Of a stretch of 10,668 nucleotides of DNA, positions 1 through 7,034 are shown one piece after another; positions within the stretch are counted from its first letter, which is position 1, and the number at the start of each line of letters is the position of its first letter. The stretch comes from Alphaproteobacteria bacterium (lineage in GTDB: Bacteria; Pseudomonadota; Alphaproteobacteria; UBA6615): positions 1-10,668 of the forward strand of contig CBDHEC010000011.1 in NCBI GenBank assembly GCA_965261975.1. Direction: 5' to 3'. A program made the translations under genes and the position numbers. The notes under the pieces were generated by a model. It was not told where the DNA came from. It made no database searches and saw only the letters and a list, made by a program, of their open reading frames with translations.

Positions 1-720
1 TTCGCGCGCGCGTTGTTCGCACCGCATGGCGCCGCGATACTGGACAGCATCGTCGCCGACGGCCTGGACCCGACACGGCGGCTGTTCGTGCACTACAACA
101 CCATTGCCGCTTTACTGACACGCGTGCTGGAGAATGCCTATCCGGCCCTGCTTGCCCTGTTGGGCGCCGATGTTTTCGCCCGGGCCGCGGCACACCACAT
201 TCGGCGGCATCCACCAGAACGCGCCGCTCTGCTGCATTATGGCAGCGGGTTCGGTACAGCCGCCGCCGCTTCGGCGGATGGACACGAACCGGAACTTGTC
301 CGGGGCATCGCGGCCATCGAATGGGCGCAGAAACGTGCGTTTCATGCCGCCGACGCGCCGATTGTCACCCGCGCCGACCTGAGCGGGATTGCACCTGAGC
401 GCCTGCCCGCGCTGCAGTTCGAGCGCCATCCGGCCCTGCATCTGATCGAGGATTGCGCCGCCTCGCTTGCCGCCTGGCGTGCCGCGCTGAAACTTCCGGA
501 ACAGGATACGGGCCCGCATATCGCCGTGACCCGGCCCGACACCCGAGTCCAGGTTCACGGAATGAGGCCGGGGTCCCACGCCCTGGTCGCGGCGCTGGCC
601 GATGGGGCGACGCTGGAAGTCGCCGCGAAAACCGCCGCGGAAGTCGATCCGGATATCGACCTGACCGGCGCCATCGGCAATGCTGTCGACATCGGTGCCT
701 TCAAAGCCTTCCACGCCTGA
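1..720 (+). CDS. DUF2063 / BufC-HvfC-like partner protein of DUF692 (MNIO) peptide-modification clusters; probably 5'-truncated
   Basis: Frame +1 is open from base 1 (FARALFAP...), so the real start is probably upstream of the window. The N-terminal pattern RRLFVHYNT..LL...LENAYPALLALLGADVF...A..HIRRHPP....L.HYGSGF, then IEWA..RAFHAADA and HPALHL, matches the DUF2063 pattern. A DoxX gene follows 14 nt after the stop, the usual neighbour. Confidence 0.8.
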   Translation, partial: FARALFAPHGAAILDSIVADGLDPTRRLFVHYNTIAALLTRVLENAYPALLALLGADVFARAAAHHIRRHPPERAALLHYGSGFGTAAAASADGHEPELVRGIAAIEWAQKRAFHAADAPIVTRADLSGIAPERLPALQFERHPALHLIEDCAASLAAWRAALKLPEQDTGPHIAVTRPDTRVQVHGMRPGSHALVAALADGATLEVAAKTAAEVDPDIDLTGAIGNAVDIGAFKAFHA

Positions 721-734
721 CAGGGGATATAACA

Positions 735-1226
735 ATGGCAACGACCCAGGACCATTCCGAAGCCACCAGGACGAATGGCGGCCTGATTGCGCTTTATTGC
801 CGTTTCGACAACCTGATCGGCCGCATCGCCGAGCCGGTTATACTGGTCGCGTTGCGGATCTATATTTTCAGCGTGTTCTTCCCGTCCGGCGTGCAGAAAC
901 TGGAGCGATTCGGCCCGACGGTCGAGATGTTTGGTAACGACGAGTGGGGCTTCGGTCCGGTCTCGTTCCTGCCGCCGGAGATCATGGCGGTACTGGCCAC
1001 CGCTTTCGAGCTGATCTGCCCGGTGCTGATCCTGGCGGGCCTGTTGACCCGTCTTGCCACCCTGCCGTTGCTGGCGATGGCACTGATGATCCAGTTCATA
1101 CTCGCCGCCGCGATCCTGGACTTCCACAATATCGAGCATTTCGTCTGGATGGCTGCGCTTGGCATTCTCCTGCGTTTCGGCCCCGGCGCGCTGTCGATCG
1201 AGGGGCTCTTGCATCGGAAGGCGTGA
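735..1226 (+). CDS. DoxX family membrane protein (BufD-like), 163 aa
   Basis: ATG at 735 after AGGGGA, within the 453..1226 ORF. Motifs LR....VFFPSGVQKL, LATAFELICPVLILAGLLTRLATLPLLAM..IQF, H..W and GPGALSIE; about 4 hydrophobic segments. Confidence 0.9.
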   Translation: MATTQDHSEATRTNGGLIALYCRFDNLIGRIAEPVILVALRIYIFSVFFPSGVQKLERFGPTVEMFGNDEWGFGPVSFLPPEIMAVLATAFELICPVLILAGLLTRLATLPLLAMALMIQFILAAAILDFHNIEHFVWMAALGILLRFGPGALSIEGLLHRKA

Positions 1227-1241
1227 ACGTCCAGCGTCTTT

Positions 1242-1267
1242 CACACTCGTTAATCGTGGCGAGTGTG
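1242..1267. promoter_or_regulatory. Perfect 8-bp inverted repeat (possible terminator/stabilising hairpin of the upstream operon, or a protein-binding dyad)
   Basis: CACACTCG (1242-1249) and CGAGTGTG (1260-1267) with a 10-nt spacer, 15 nt after the DoxX stop. No clean U-tract. Confidence 0.35.
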
Positions 1268-1336
1268 TTCCGTTAACCGTGTCGCAAGCCATTTGCCTTA
1301 ATTTCGAGCGCTTGAAGCCCGTGTCAGGAGTAGCAA

Positions 1337-2311
1337 ATGCCCGGCTTGGACGAACTGCGCAAACGCGTCGAGGCTGCCGAACAGCAATTCGGCTTGTTTA
1401 CCACCCAGAGCCGCAAATACAGCGAGCGGCTCACACAGCTGGTCAGCCAGATGGAGCAGGCGCATAGCGAACAGCACAGGGAAATCGCTGCCTTGAACGC
1501 CCAGCTCGGCCAGTACGAGCAGGAGAACGGGCAACTGAAGTCGATGTTGCTTGGATTGCTGCAGGCCATGGAAGATGGCGACGGCAGCCTGATCGACAAG
1601 ACGGTGCGAGACATGGAAAGCCGCATCGGGCGCCTGATCGGCGCACCGTCGGACGTTGCTGAGGACGCTCCCGCAACAGATGCAGTATCGGGCGCGGATG
1701 CCGCTGCAGACGTGGGCGAACCCGAGGCTGCGCCGGCTGAAGAGTTCGATCCCATTGCCGGCATCGCACCCGAGGATGTGATGATCGAGGACGATGCGGC
1801 ACTGGCCGACGCGCTCGACGAAGAGCTCATCGAACTCGAGGATGATCTTGTCGAAGTCGCAGAGCCAGTGCCGGCGGCGATAGAGGCAACGGATACCGGC
1901 GACGATGTGGACGCTGACGGCGACGCAACCGAAGGCGGATCGGCACCAGCCGTGGCACCCGAGCCTGAGATGGTTACGCTCGACGATGCACCCGAAGACG
2001 GTGACGGGACCCCGGATGATGAGGAACTCACCGAATCGGCCCACAATCTGCTCGACCGGGTGGAAGCCGCGGCCAATGCCCTGCTCGCCGCCGGAGCGGA
2101 CGACGATGCCGATCCCATGGATCAAGAGCTGACCGACGAGATCTCGGCGCTACTGGAGCGTGCGGTCAACGGAACGTCCGATGAAGCCGAGGACGAGATT
2201 GCGGACGTCATTCTGGCCGAGGAAGCAGTAGCCGAAACTGCGGTCGATGCCGACGTGCTGCCCGAAGCGGGCGAGAATGGAGTCGACGAAACCGAGGCGA
2301 ACGCCGCCTGA
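1337..2311 (+). CDS. Hypothetical protein, 324 aa: N-terminal coiled coil plus long acidic low-complexity tail
   Basis: RBS AGGAG at 1326-1330 before the ATG. Fills the gap between two same-strand genes. Residues ~1-100 are helical and Q/E/L-rich; the remainder is D/E/A/P-rich. Confidence 0.85.
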   Translation: MPGLDELRKRVEAAEQQFGLFTTQSRKYSERLTQLVSQMEQAHSEQHREIAALNAQLGQYEQENGQLKSMLLGLLQAMEDGDGSLIDKTVRDMESRIGRLIGAPSDVAEDAPATDAVSGADAAADVGEPEAAPAEEFDPIAGIAPEDVMIEDDAALADALDEELIELEDDLVEVAEPVPAAIEATDTGDDVDADGDATEGGSAPAVAPEPEMVTLDDAPEDGDGTPDDEELTESAHNLLDRVEAAANALLAAGADDDADPMDQELTDEISALLERAVNGTSDEAEDEIADVILAEEAVAETAVDADVLPEAGENGVDETEANAA

Positions 2312-2386
2312 CTCCGCATGCGGCACCCGTCCAGGCCGCATCGCGCTCATCCTGGCAGCATGACGGCGATGTCGCCCGATTGTCGC

Positions 2387-2414
2387 TTGACCTGAGAATG
2401 CGGCACGCCACACT
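2387..2414 (+). promoter_or_regulatory. Putative sigma70-family promoter of the dienelactone hydrolase gene
   Basis: TTGACC (2387-2392), 16-nt spacer, CACACT (2409-2414), 30 nt upstream of the ATG. Motif match only. Confidence 0.35.
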
Positions 2415-2444
2415 GCGCCCCTTACCGCAAACGGAGGTGCAGTG

Positions 2445-3119
2445 ATGGGCAAGACGGTCAGCCTGACCGCCGAAGACAGCCACAGCGTCCAGGCTTATAT
2501 CGCGGAGCCGGCCGATGCCCCACGCTTCGGCCTGGTCGTGATCCAGGAAATTTTCGGGGTCAACGCCCACATCCGCAGCATCTGCGACGGTTTTGCCGCC
2601 GACGGCATTCTGGCCGTGGCCCCGGCCCTGTTCGACCGGGTCGCACCCGGCACCGAACTGGGCTACAGCGACGATGACGTTGCCGAGGGCCGGGCGCTGC
2701 GCGGCAAGTTGGGCTGGGATGCACCGCTGCTGGATGTTGCCGAGGCGGCCCGGATCGCGTCGACTGGCGGCAAGGTGGGCACGGTCGGCTATTGCTGGGG
2801 CGGTTCGCTGTCGTGGCTTGCAGCCTGCAGGCTAGGCAACCTGGTCGACGCCTCGGTGACCTATTACGGCGGCCAGATCCACGAGTTCCATGCCGAGAAA
2901 CCGGCGGTCCCGGTGATGATGCACTTCGGCGCCCATGACCCGTTAATCCCGCCGGAGCATGTCGATGCGATCCGCGCGGCGCAGCCGGATGTGCCGGTGT
3001 TCGATTACCCCGCCGGCCATGGCTTCAACTGCGATCAGCGCGCCGATTACGACCCCGACAGCAGCGGCACCGCGCGGGCACGAACACTGGCGTTCCTTGC
3101 CGAGCACCTGGCGGGGTAA
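2445..3119 (+). CDS. Dienelactone hydrolase family protein (carboxymethylenebutenolidase-like)
   Basis: GGAGG at 2433-2437 favours the ATG at 2445. Motifs VIQEIFGVN, APALFDR, nucleophile GYCWGG, HFGAHDPLIP (Asp) and YPAGHGFNCDQR (His). Confidence 0.95.
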   Translation: MGKTVSLTAEDSHSVQAYIAEPADAPRFGLVVIQEIFGVNAHIRSICDGFAADGILAVAPALFDRVAPGTELGYSDDDVAEGRALRGKLGWDAPLLDVAEAARIASTGGKVGTVGYCWGGSLSWLAACRLGNLVDASVTYYGGQIHEFHAEKPAVPVMMHFGAHDPLIPPEHVDAIRAAQPDVPVFDYPAGHGFNCDQRADYDPDSSGTARARTLAFLAEHLAG

Positions 3120-3151
3120 ATGGCACGTTCCGTCGTTGAGCCCGACCGACG

Positions 3152-3844
3152 TCAGAACTTCTCCACCCACGGCCTCAGTTCGACCTCCCAGGTCCAGGCA
3201 CTGCGCGGCTGGTTGGCGACGGCCCAGTAGGTCTGGGCGATGGCATCGGGGTCGAGCGTGCTGTCGGGCTGGTCGCCCAGGGTCTGAAGCTGCGGAGAGC
3301 GGATGGCCCCGTCGATCACGAAATGGGCGACGTGGATGTTCTGCGGCGCAAGCTCGCGCGCCATCGCCTGGGCCAGGCCGCGCTGGGCGAACTTGCCCAT
3401 GGCGAACGAGGACGAGTTGGCAAAACCCTTCACGCTGGCGCTGGCACCGGTGAACAGGATCGCGCCGCCGCCCGCCTTGAGCATCGCCTGCGCCGCCCGC
3501 TGGCCGACCAGGAAGGCGCCATAGGCGGTGACTTCGAGTGCATCGCGCACGGCAGCCCGGTCGATCTCCGCAATCGGTCCACGAACCCTGGCACTCGGGT
3601 TGTAAATCACCAGGTCGGGAACACCGACTTGCGTCTCGAACGCCCCAAACAGCCGGTCGACGGAGTCCGGCGCCGACGCGTTGCAGGCAAATGCAGTCGC
3701 CCCGATGTCTGCGCATAACTCGGCAAGCTTCTCGGTCTGCCGCGCCGCCAGGCCGACCTTGAGGCCGTTGTCGGCGAACAGTAGGGCAAGCGAGGCGCTG
3801 AGCCCGGCACCGGCACCGACAATCAATGCATTGCGATAATCCAT
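3152..3844 (-). CDS. Short-chain dehydrogenase/reductase (SDR) family oxidoreductase
   Basis: Rossmann motif IVGAGAGLS, VIYNP, ILFTGASAS, FAMGKFAQRGLAQAMAREL, HVAHFVIDG and C-terminal SAWTWEVELRPWVEKF, typical of the FxxxK (SDR_c10-like) subgroup. Confidence 0.95.
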   Translation of the reverse strand: MDYRNALIVGAGAGLSASLALLFADNGLKVGLAARQTEKLAELCADIGATAFACNASAPDSVDRLFGAFETQVGVPDLVIYNPSARVRGPIAEIDRAAVRDALEVTAYGAFLVGQRAAQAMLKAGGGAILFTGASASVKGFANSSSFAMGKFAQRGLAQAMARELAPQNIHVAHFVIDGAIRSPQLQTLGDQPDSTLDPDAIAQTYWAVANQPRSAWTWEVELRPWVEKF

Positions 3845-3894
3845 CCCGCGTCCCTTCCGTCACACCAAATGGTGAGGCTAGCGCGGCGGCACCC

Positions 3895-5877
3895 TCAGGC
3901 AAGACCCAGCGTGCGTTTGCGCCGACGCGACCAGGCATTGATCAGGAGGTCGGCAGCCAGGCCGATGAAAGCGACGCAGAGGCCCAGCACGAGACCCTTG
4001 CCCGCATCGTTGTCGGCCCGGGCGCGGAAGATCTCCTGGCCGAGGTCGGTGGTACCGATGAACGCGGCGATGATCACCATGAACAGGGCGAACATGATGG
4101 TCTGGTTGATGCCGAGCATGATCTCCGGCAGGGCCAGCGGCAGCCGCACGTGCCAGAGGATCTGGCCGCGGGTGCAGCCCGATGTGGTCGCCGCCTCGAC
4201 GGTCTCCGGCGGCACCGCGCGCAGCCCGAACATGGTGTACCGGACGATTGGTATTCCGGCATAGATCACGACCGCGGTGATCGCGGCGACGTCGCCCACC
4301 TGGAACAGCATGATCACCGGAATCAGGTAGATGAAGGATGGGAAGGTCTGGACGGTATCGCAGACCACCTCCATGATCCGGGTCGCCCTGTCCGAATGGG
4401 CCGCCAGAATGCCGACCGGCAGACCGATCGCCACGCACACGACCAGGGCGACAAACACCATGTAGACGGTGATCATTGCCCGGTCCCAATACCCGGTCAG
4501 CGCGATGAACACGATGTAGCCGGCGACGCCGAAGGCAAGCCGGGGTCCGCCGATCCGCCAGCCGATCCCCATCGTCAGGGCCAGGACCGCGGTCCATGGC
4601 AACCACTGGAACGCGCCGCGCACCGGGATCAGCACATACAGCAGCAGATCGTCGCGGAGAACCGACAGCGCCTCGAACAGATTGACCGTGAACCAGTCGA
4701 TCAGGCCGTCCCACAGCGGGGCGGTGGTAAGGTTCCAGTCGCGCGGCCATTGATCTGCGGCAGGCACCAGTTGGGCCAAGGCGATCGTGGCCGCGGTAAG
4801 TGCCAGCGCCAGGCTCCAGACCGGGTGACGCACCCAGAAGGGTCCCGGGCGCAGGTGCTCCGGTTGCCTCAGAGCGATCGCGCGGCTCAGTCTGTCCAAC
4901 GTGATGGCCATCAGGACGATCGCGACACCGCTTTCCAGCGCCCGTCCGATCTGCAGGTTCTGAAGCCGGTAGAGCAGGTCGGCCCCGAGCCCCTTGGCCC
5001 CGACGAAGGAAGCGATCACCACCATGGCCAGGCACAGCATGATCACCTGATTGACACCGACAAGCAGGGTGTCGCGGGCCGTCGGGATTTTCACCTTGAT
5101 CAGCATCTGCAACGGGGTTGCGCCCGCCATCCTGCCCGCCTCGACCACTTCCGCCGGCACCGCACGCAGACCCAGGATGGTGAGCCGCGCCATCGGCGGT
5201 ACCGCAAACAGGATCGTTGCTACCGCACCGGCGCGATGGGAGACGCCGATGAACACCGCGACCGGAATGAGATAGGAAAAGTGCGGCAACGACTGCATCA
5301 CGTTGAGCACCGGCCACAGCACGCGCTCGAACCAGCGCGAGTAGTAGGCGGCGATGCCCAGCCCCATGGCGATCGCGACCGCGATCGGGGCCGCGACCAG
5401 GACGACCGACAGGGTCACCATCGACAACTTCCAGGTGCCGAATACCGCCAGATAGGTCATCGACAGTCCGGCCAGCGCCGCCAGCTGCCAGCCGCCGAAA
5501 TGCCAGCCGAGAAGCGCGGTCAGCGCGACGATCGTTGTCCAGGGCAGCGCCGGCAGGCCGAGATCCCGGCTGCCGGCGATCAACAGTCCTTCGACCAGGT
5601 CCAGAGGCCACTCGACGACCCGGGCCACGGACCGCGTCACGTCCTTGAACGTGAACAGGCCGAATATTTCGTGGTTGCGAAGCACGTCGAACACGGCATT
5701 CAGCCAGTCGATGAACGGGACCGTCAGGCTTTCCGGCAGGCGCAACAGCGCTGCCGGCAACTCCGGCTGCAGGACCAGCAGGCAAAGGAAAGGCGCTAGA
5801 GCCAGCAGCCCGCGCCAGGGAACACGCCGCAGCGGGCCTGCAAACCGCGCTGGCGGGTCCGCCCGGACGGCGCTCAT
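3895..5877 (-). CDS. tmoV: ABC transporter permease with two fused ProW-like domains (TmoV-like)
   Basis: 660 aa, highly hydrophobic. Two repeats, each with Q(S/T)xPxFxYLIPV, an EAA loop (VEAGRMAGAT; VEAATTSGCT) and G(V/I)NQxIM...MV(V/I)IA.F(V/I)G..LG. The start overlaps the ATPase stop (ATGA, 5874-5877). Gene symbol rests on the TmoX-like neighbour. Confidence 0.85.
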   Translation of the reverse strand: MSAVRADPPARFAGPLRRVPWRGLLALAPFLCLLVLQPELPAALLRLPESLTVPFIDWLNAVFDVLRNHEIFGLFTFKDVTRSVARVVEWPLDLVEGLLIAGSRDLGLPALPWTTIVALTALLGWHFGGWQLAALAGLSMTYLAVFGTWKLSMVTLSVVLVAAPIAVAIAMGLGIAAYYSRWFERVLWPVLNVMQSLPHFSYLIPVAVFIGVSHRAGAVATILFAVPPMARLTILGLRAVPAEVVEAGRMAGATPLQMLIKVKIPTARDTLLVGVNQVIMLCLAMVVIASFVGAKGLGADLLYRLQNLQIGRALESGVAIVLMAITLDRLSRAIALRQPEHLRPGPFWVRHPVWSLALALTAATIALAQLVPAADQWPRDWNLTTAPLWDGLIDWFTVNLFEALSVLRDDLLLYVLIPVRGAFQWLPWTAVLALTMGIGWRIGGPRLAFGVAGYIVFIALTGYWDRAMITVYMVFVALVVCVAIGLPVGILAAHSDRATRIMEVVCDTVQTFPSFIYLIPVIMLFQVGDVAAITAVVIYAGIPIVRYTMFGLRAVPPETVEAATTSGCTRGQILWHVRLPLALPEIMLGINQTIMFALFMVIIAAFIGTTDLGQEIFRARADNDAGKGLVLGLCVAFIGLAADLLINAWSRRRKRTLGLA

Positions 5878-6908
5878 GGAGCCGCCCGGGGTCTCGGGAA
5901 CATCGCGCCGATGATCTGGTCGCGGCCGATGACGCCGACCACACGTCCCGCGTCATCGACGACCCGCATCGGATCGGGCGCGCGCAGGACTTCGGGCGCG
6001 ACCTGCGCCAGGGTGTCGTCCGCGTTGAGCGCCGGTCCGTCGGCGGTCGCGCCTTGGTCCGGCGCGATCATCACACTGTTCACGCGCAGGATCTTTTCGC
6101 GGGCCACGTCCCGGGTGAACTGACGTACATAGTCGGTCGCCGGCCTGTTGATCAGCTCCTCCGGCCGGCCGACCTGCACGACTTCGCCCTCATACATGAT
6201 GGCGATCCGGTCGGCGAGGCGGATCGCCTCGTCGAAATCGTGGGTGATGAATACAATCGTCTTGTGCAGCACCGACTGCAGACGAAGGAACTCGTCCTGC
6301 ATCTCGCGCCGGATCAGCGGATCCAGCGCCGAGAACGGCTCGTCGAGGAACCACAATTGCGGCCCGACGGCCAGCGAGCGGGCAATGCCGACGCGCTGCT
6401 GTTGGCCCCCTGACAACTCACGCGGATAATAGCCTTCGCGCCCCTCGAGGCCGACCAGCACGATCATCTCGCGCGCCTGCTCCTCGCGCTTGGCCCGCTC
6501 GATTCCCTGCACTTCCAACGGGAAGGCTACATTCTGCAACACGGTACGATGCGGCAGCAGGGCGAAGTGCTGGAACACCATGCCCATCTTGTGGCGGCGC
6601 AGTTCTATCAACTCGCCGCGAGAGGCGCGGAGCAGGTCCTGGCCTTCGATCAGAACCTCGCCGGTCGTCGGCTCGATCAAGCGGGACAGGCAACGGACCA
6701 GCGTCGATTTGCCGGAGCCGCTGAGCCCCATAATCACCAGGATCTCGCCTCGGTCCACATCCAGCGAAACATCCCGCACGGCGCCAATGTGGCCCGCCGC
6801 GCGTATGGCCGCCGCATCCGGCCGGCCACCATGGCCGCGCAGCAACGCCCGCGCCGACGGTCCGAAGATCTTCCAGACGCCGCGGCATGACAGGAACGGT
6901 TCCGTCAC
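5874..6908 (-). CDS. tmoW: ABC transporter ATP-binding subunit, ProV/OpuAA family (TmoW-like)
   Basis: Walker A GLSGSGKST, Q-loop MVFQHFAL, signature LSGGQQQRVG, Walker B LDEPFSALD, ITHD, and a degenerate CBS-like C-terminus. Start reassigned to GTG at 6908, 7 nt after GGAGG (6920-6916), instead of 6956. Confidence 0.88.
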   Translation of the reverse strand: MTEPFLSCRGVWKIFGPSARALLRGHGGRPDAAAIRAAGHIGAVRDVSLDVDRGEILVIMGLSGSGKSTLVRCLSRLIEPTTGEVLIEGQDLLRASRGELIELRRHKMGMVFQHFALLPHRTVLQNVAFPLEVQGIERAKREEQAREMIVLVGLEGREGYYPRELSGGQQQRVGIARSLAVGPQLWFLDEPFSALDPLIRREMQDEFLRLQSVLHKTIVFITHDFDEAIRLADRIAIMYEGEVVQVGRPEELINRPATDYVRQFTRDVAREKILRVNSVMIAPDQGATADGPALNADDTLAQVAPEVLRAPDPMRVVDDAGRVVGVIGRDQIIGAMFPRPRAAP

Positions 6909-6940
6909 CGTCAGTCCTCCCGGTCGACCGATCCGCACAT

Positions 6941-6974
6941 GCGGCCGGGTGCGCAACGGCGCGCATCCGGCCGC
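6941..6974 (-). other. Intercistronic stem-loop between the binding-protein and ATPase genes
   Basis: GCGGCCGGGTGCGC (6941-6954) and GCGCATCCGGCCGC (6961-6974): 14-bp stem with one mismatch, 6-nt loop, no U-tract. Confidence 0.65.
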
Positions 6975-7034
6975 CAGGCTGTTGGCAGGGTGTCCGGACG
7001 GGCTGCGTTCAGACCCCCGCCGGATTGTGAACGG

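Noticed and set aside
453-734. N-terminal extension of the DoxX ORF
   Set aside because: Overlaps the DUF2063 gene. A good RBS and ATG exist at 735.
1298-2125. Antisense Ser-rich and other ORFs opposite the acidic protein
   Set aside because: Poly-Ser arises from the reverse complement of GAN-rich acidic codons. The plus-strand gene has an RBS and coherent structure.
1337-2311. Naming the acidic protein PopZ or an RNase E-like fragment
   Set aside because: It lacks the PopZ N-terminal MEEILASIRRII motif and C-terminal DUF2497 domain, and has no nuclease motifs. The similarity is compositional only.
3120-3151. TGGCAC at 3121 as a sigma54 site, or CGTCG/CGACG as a bidirectional terminator
   Set aside because: No TTGC at the -12 position and it lies between convergent genes. 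The stem is only 5 bp with no U-tracts.
3826-5956. Very long alternative ORFs (3826..5799 +, 657 aa; 3878..5956 -, 692 aa)
   Set aside because: They fully overlap the permease and are R/G/P/H-rich with no motifs, as expected for shadow frames in high-GC coding DNA.
6909-6956. Upstream TTG start of the ATPase
   Set aside because: It lies inside the intergenic hairpin. GGAGG plus GTG at 6908 is a better start.
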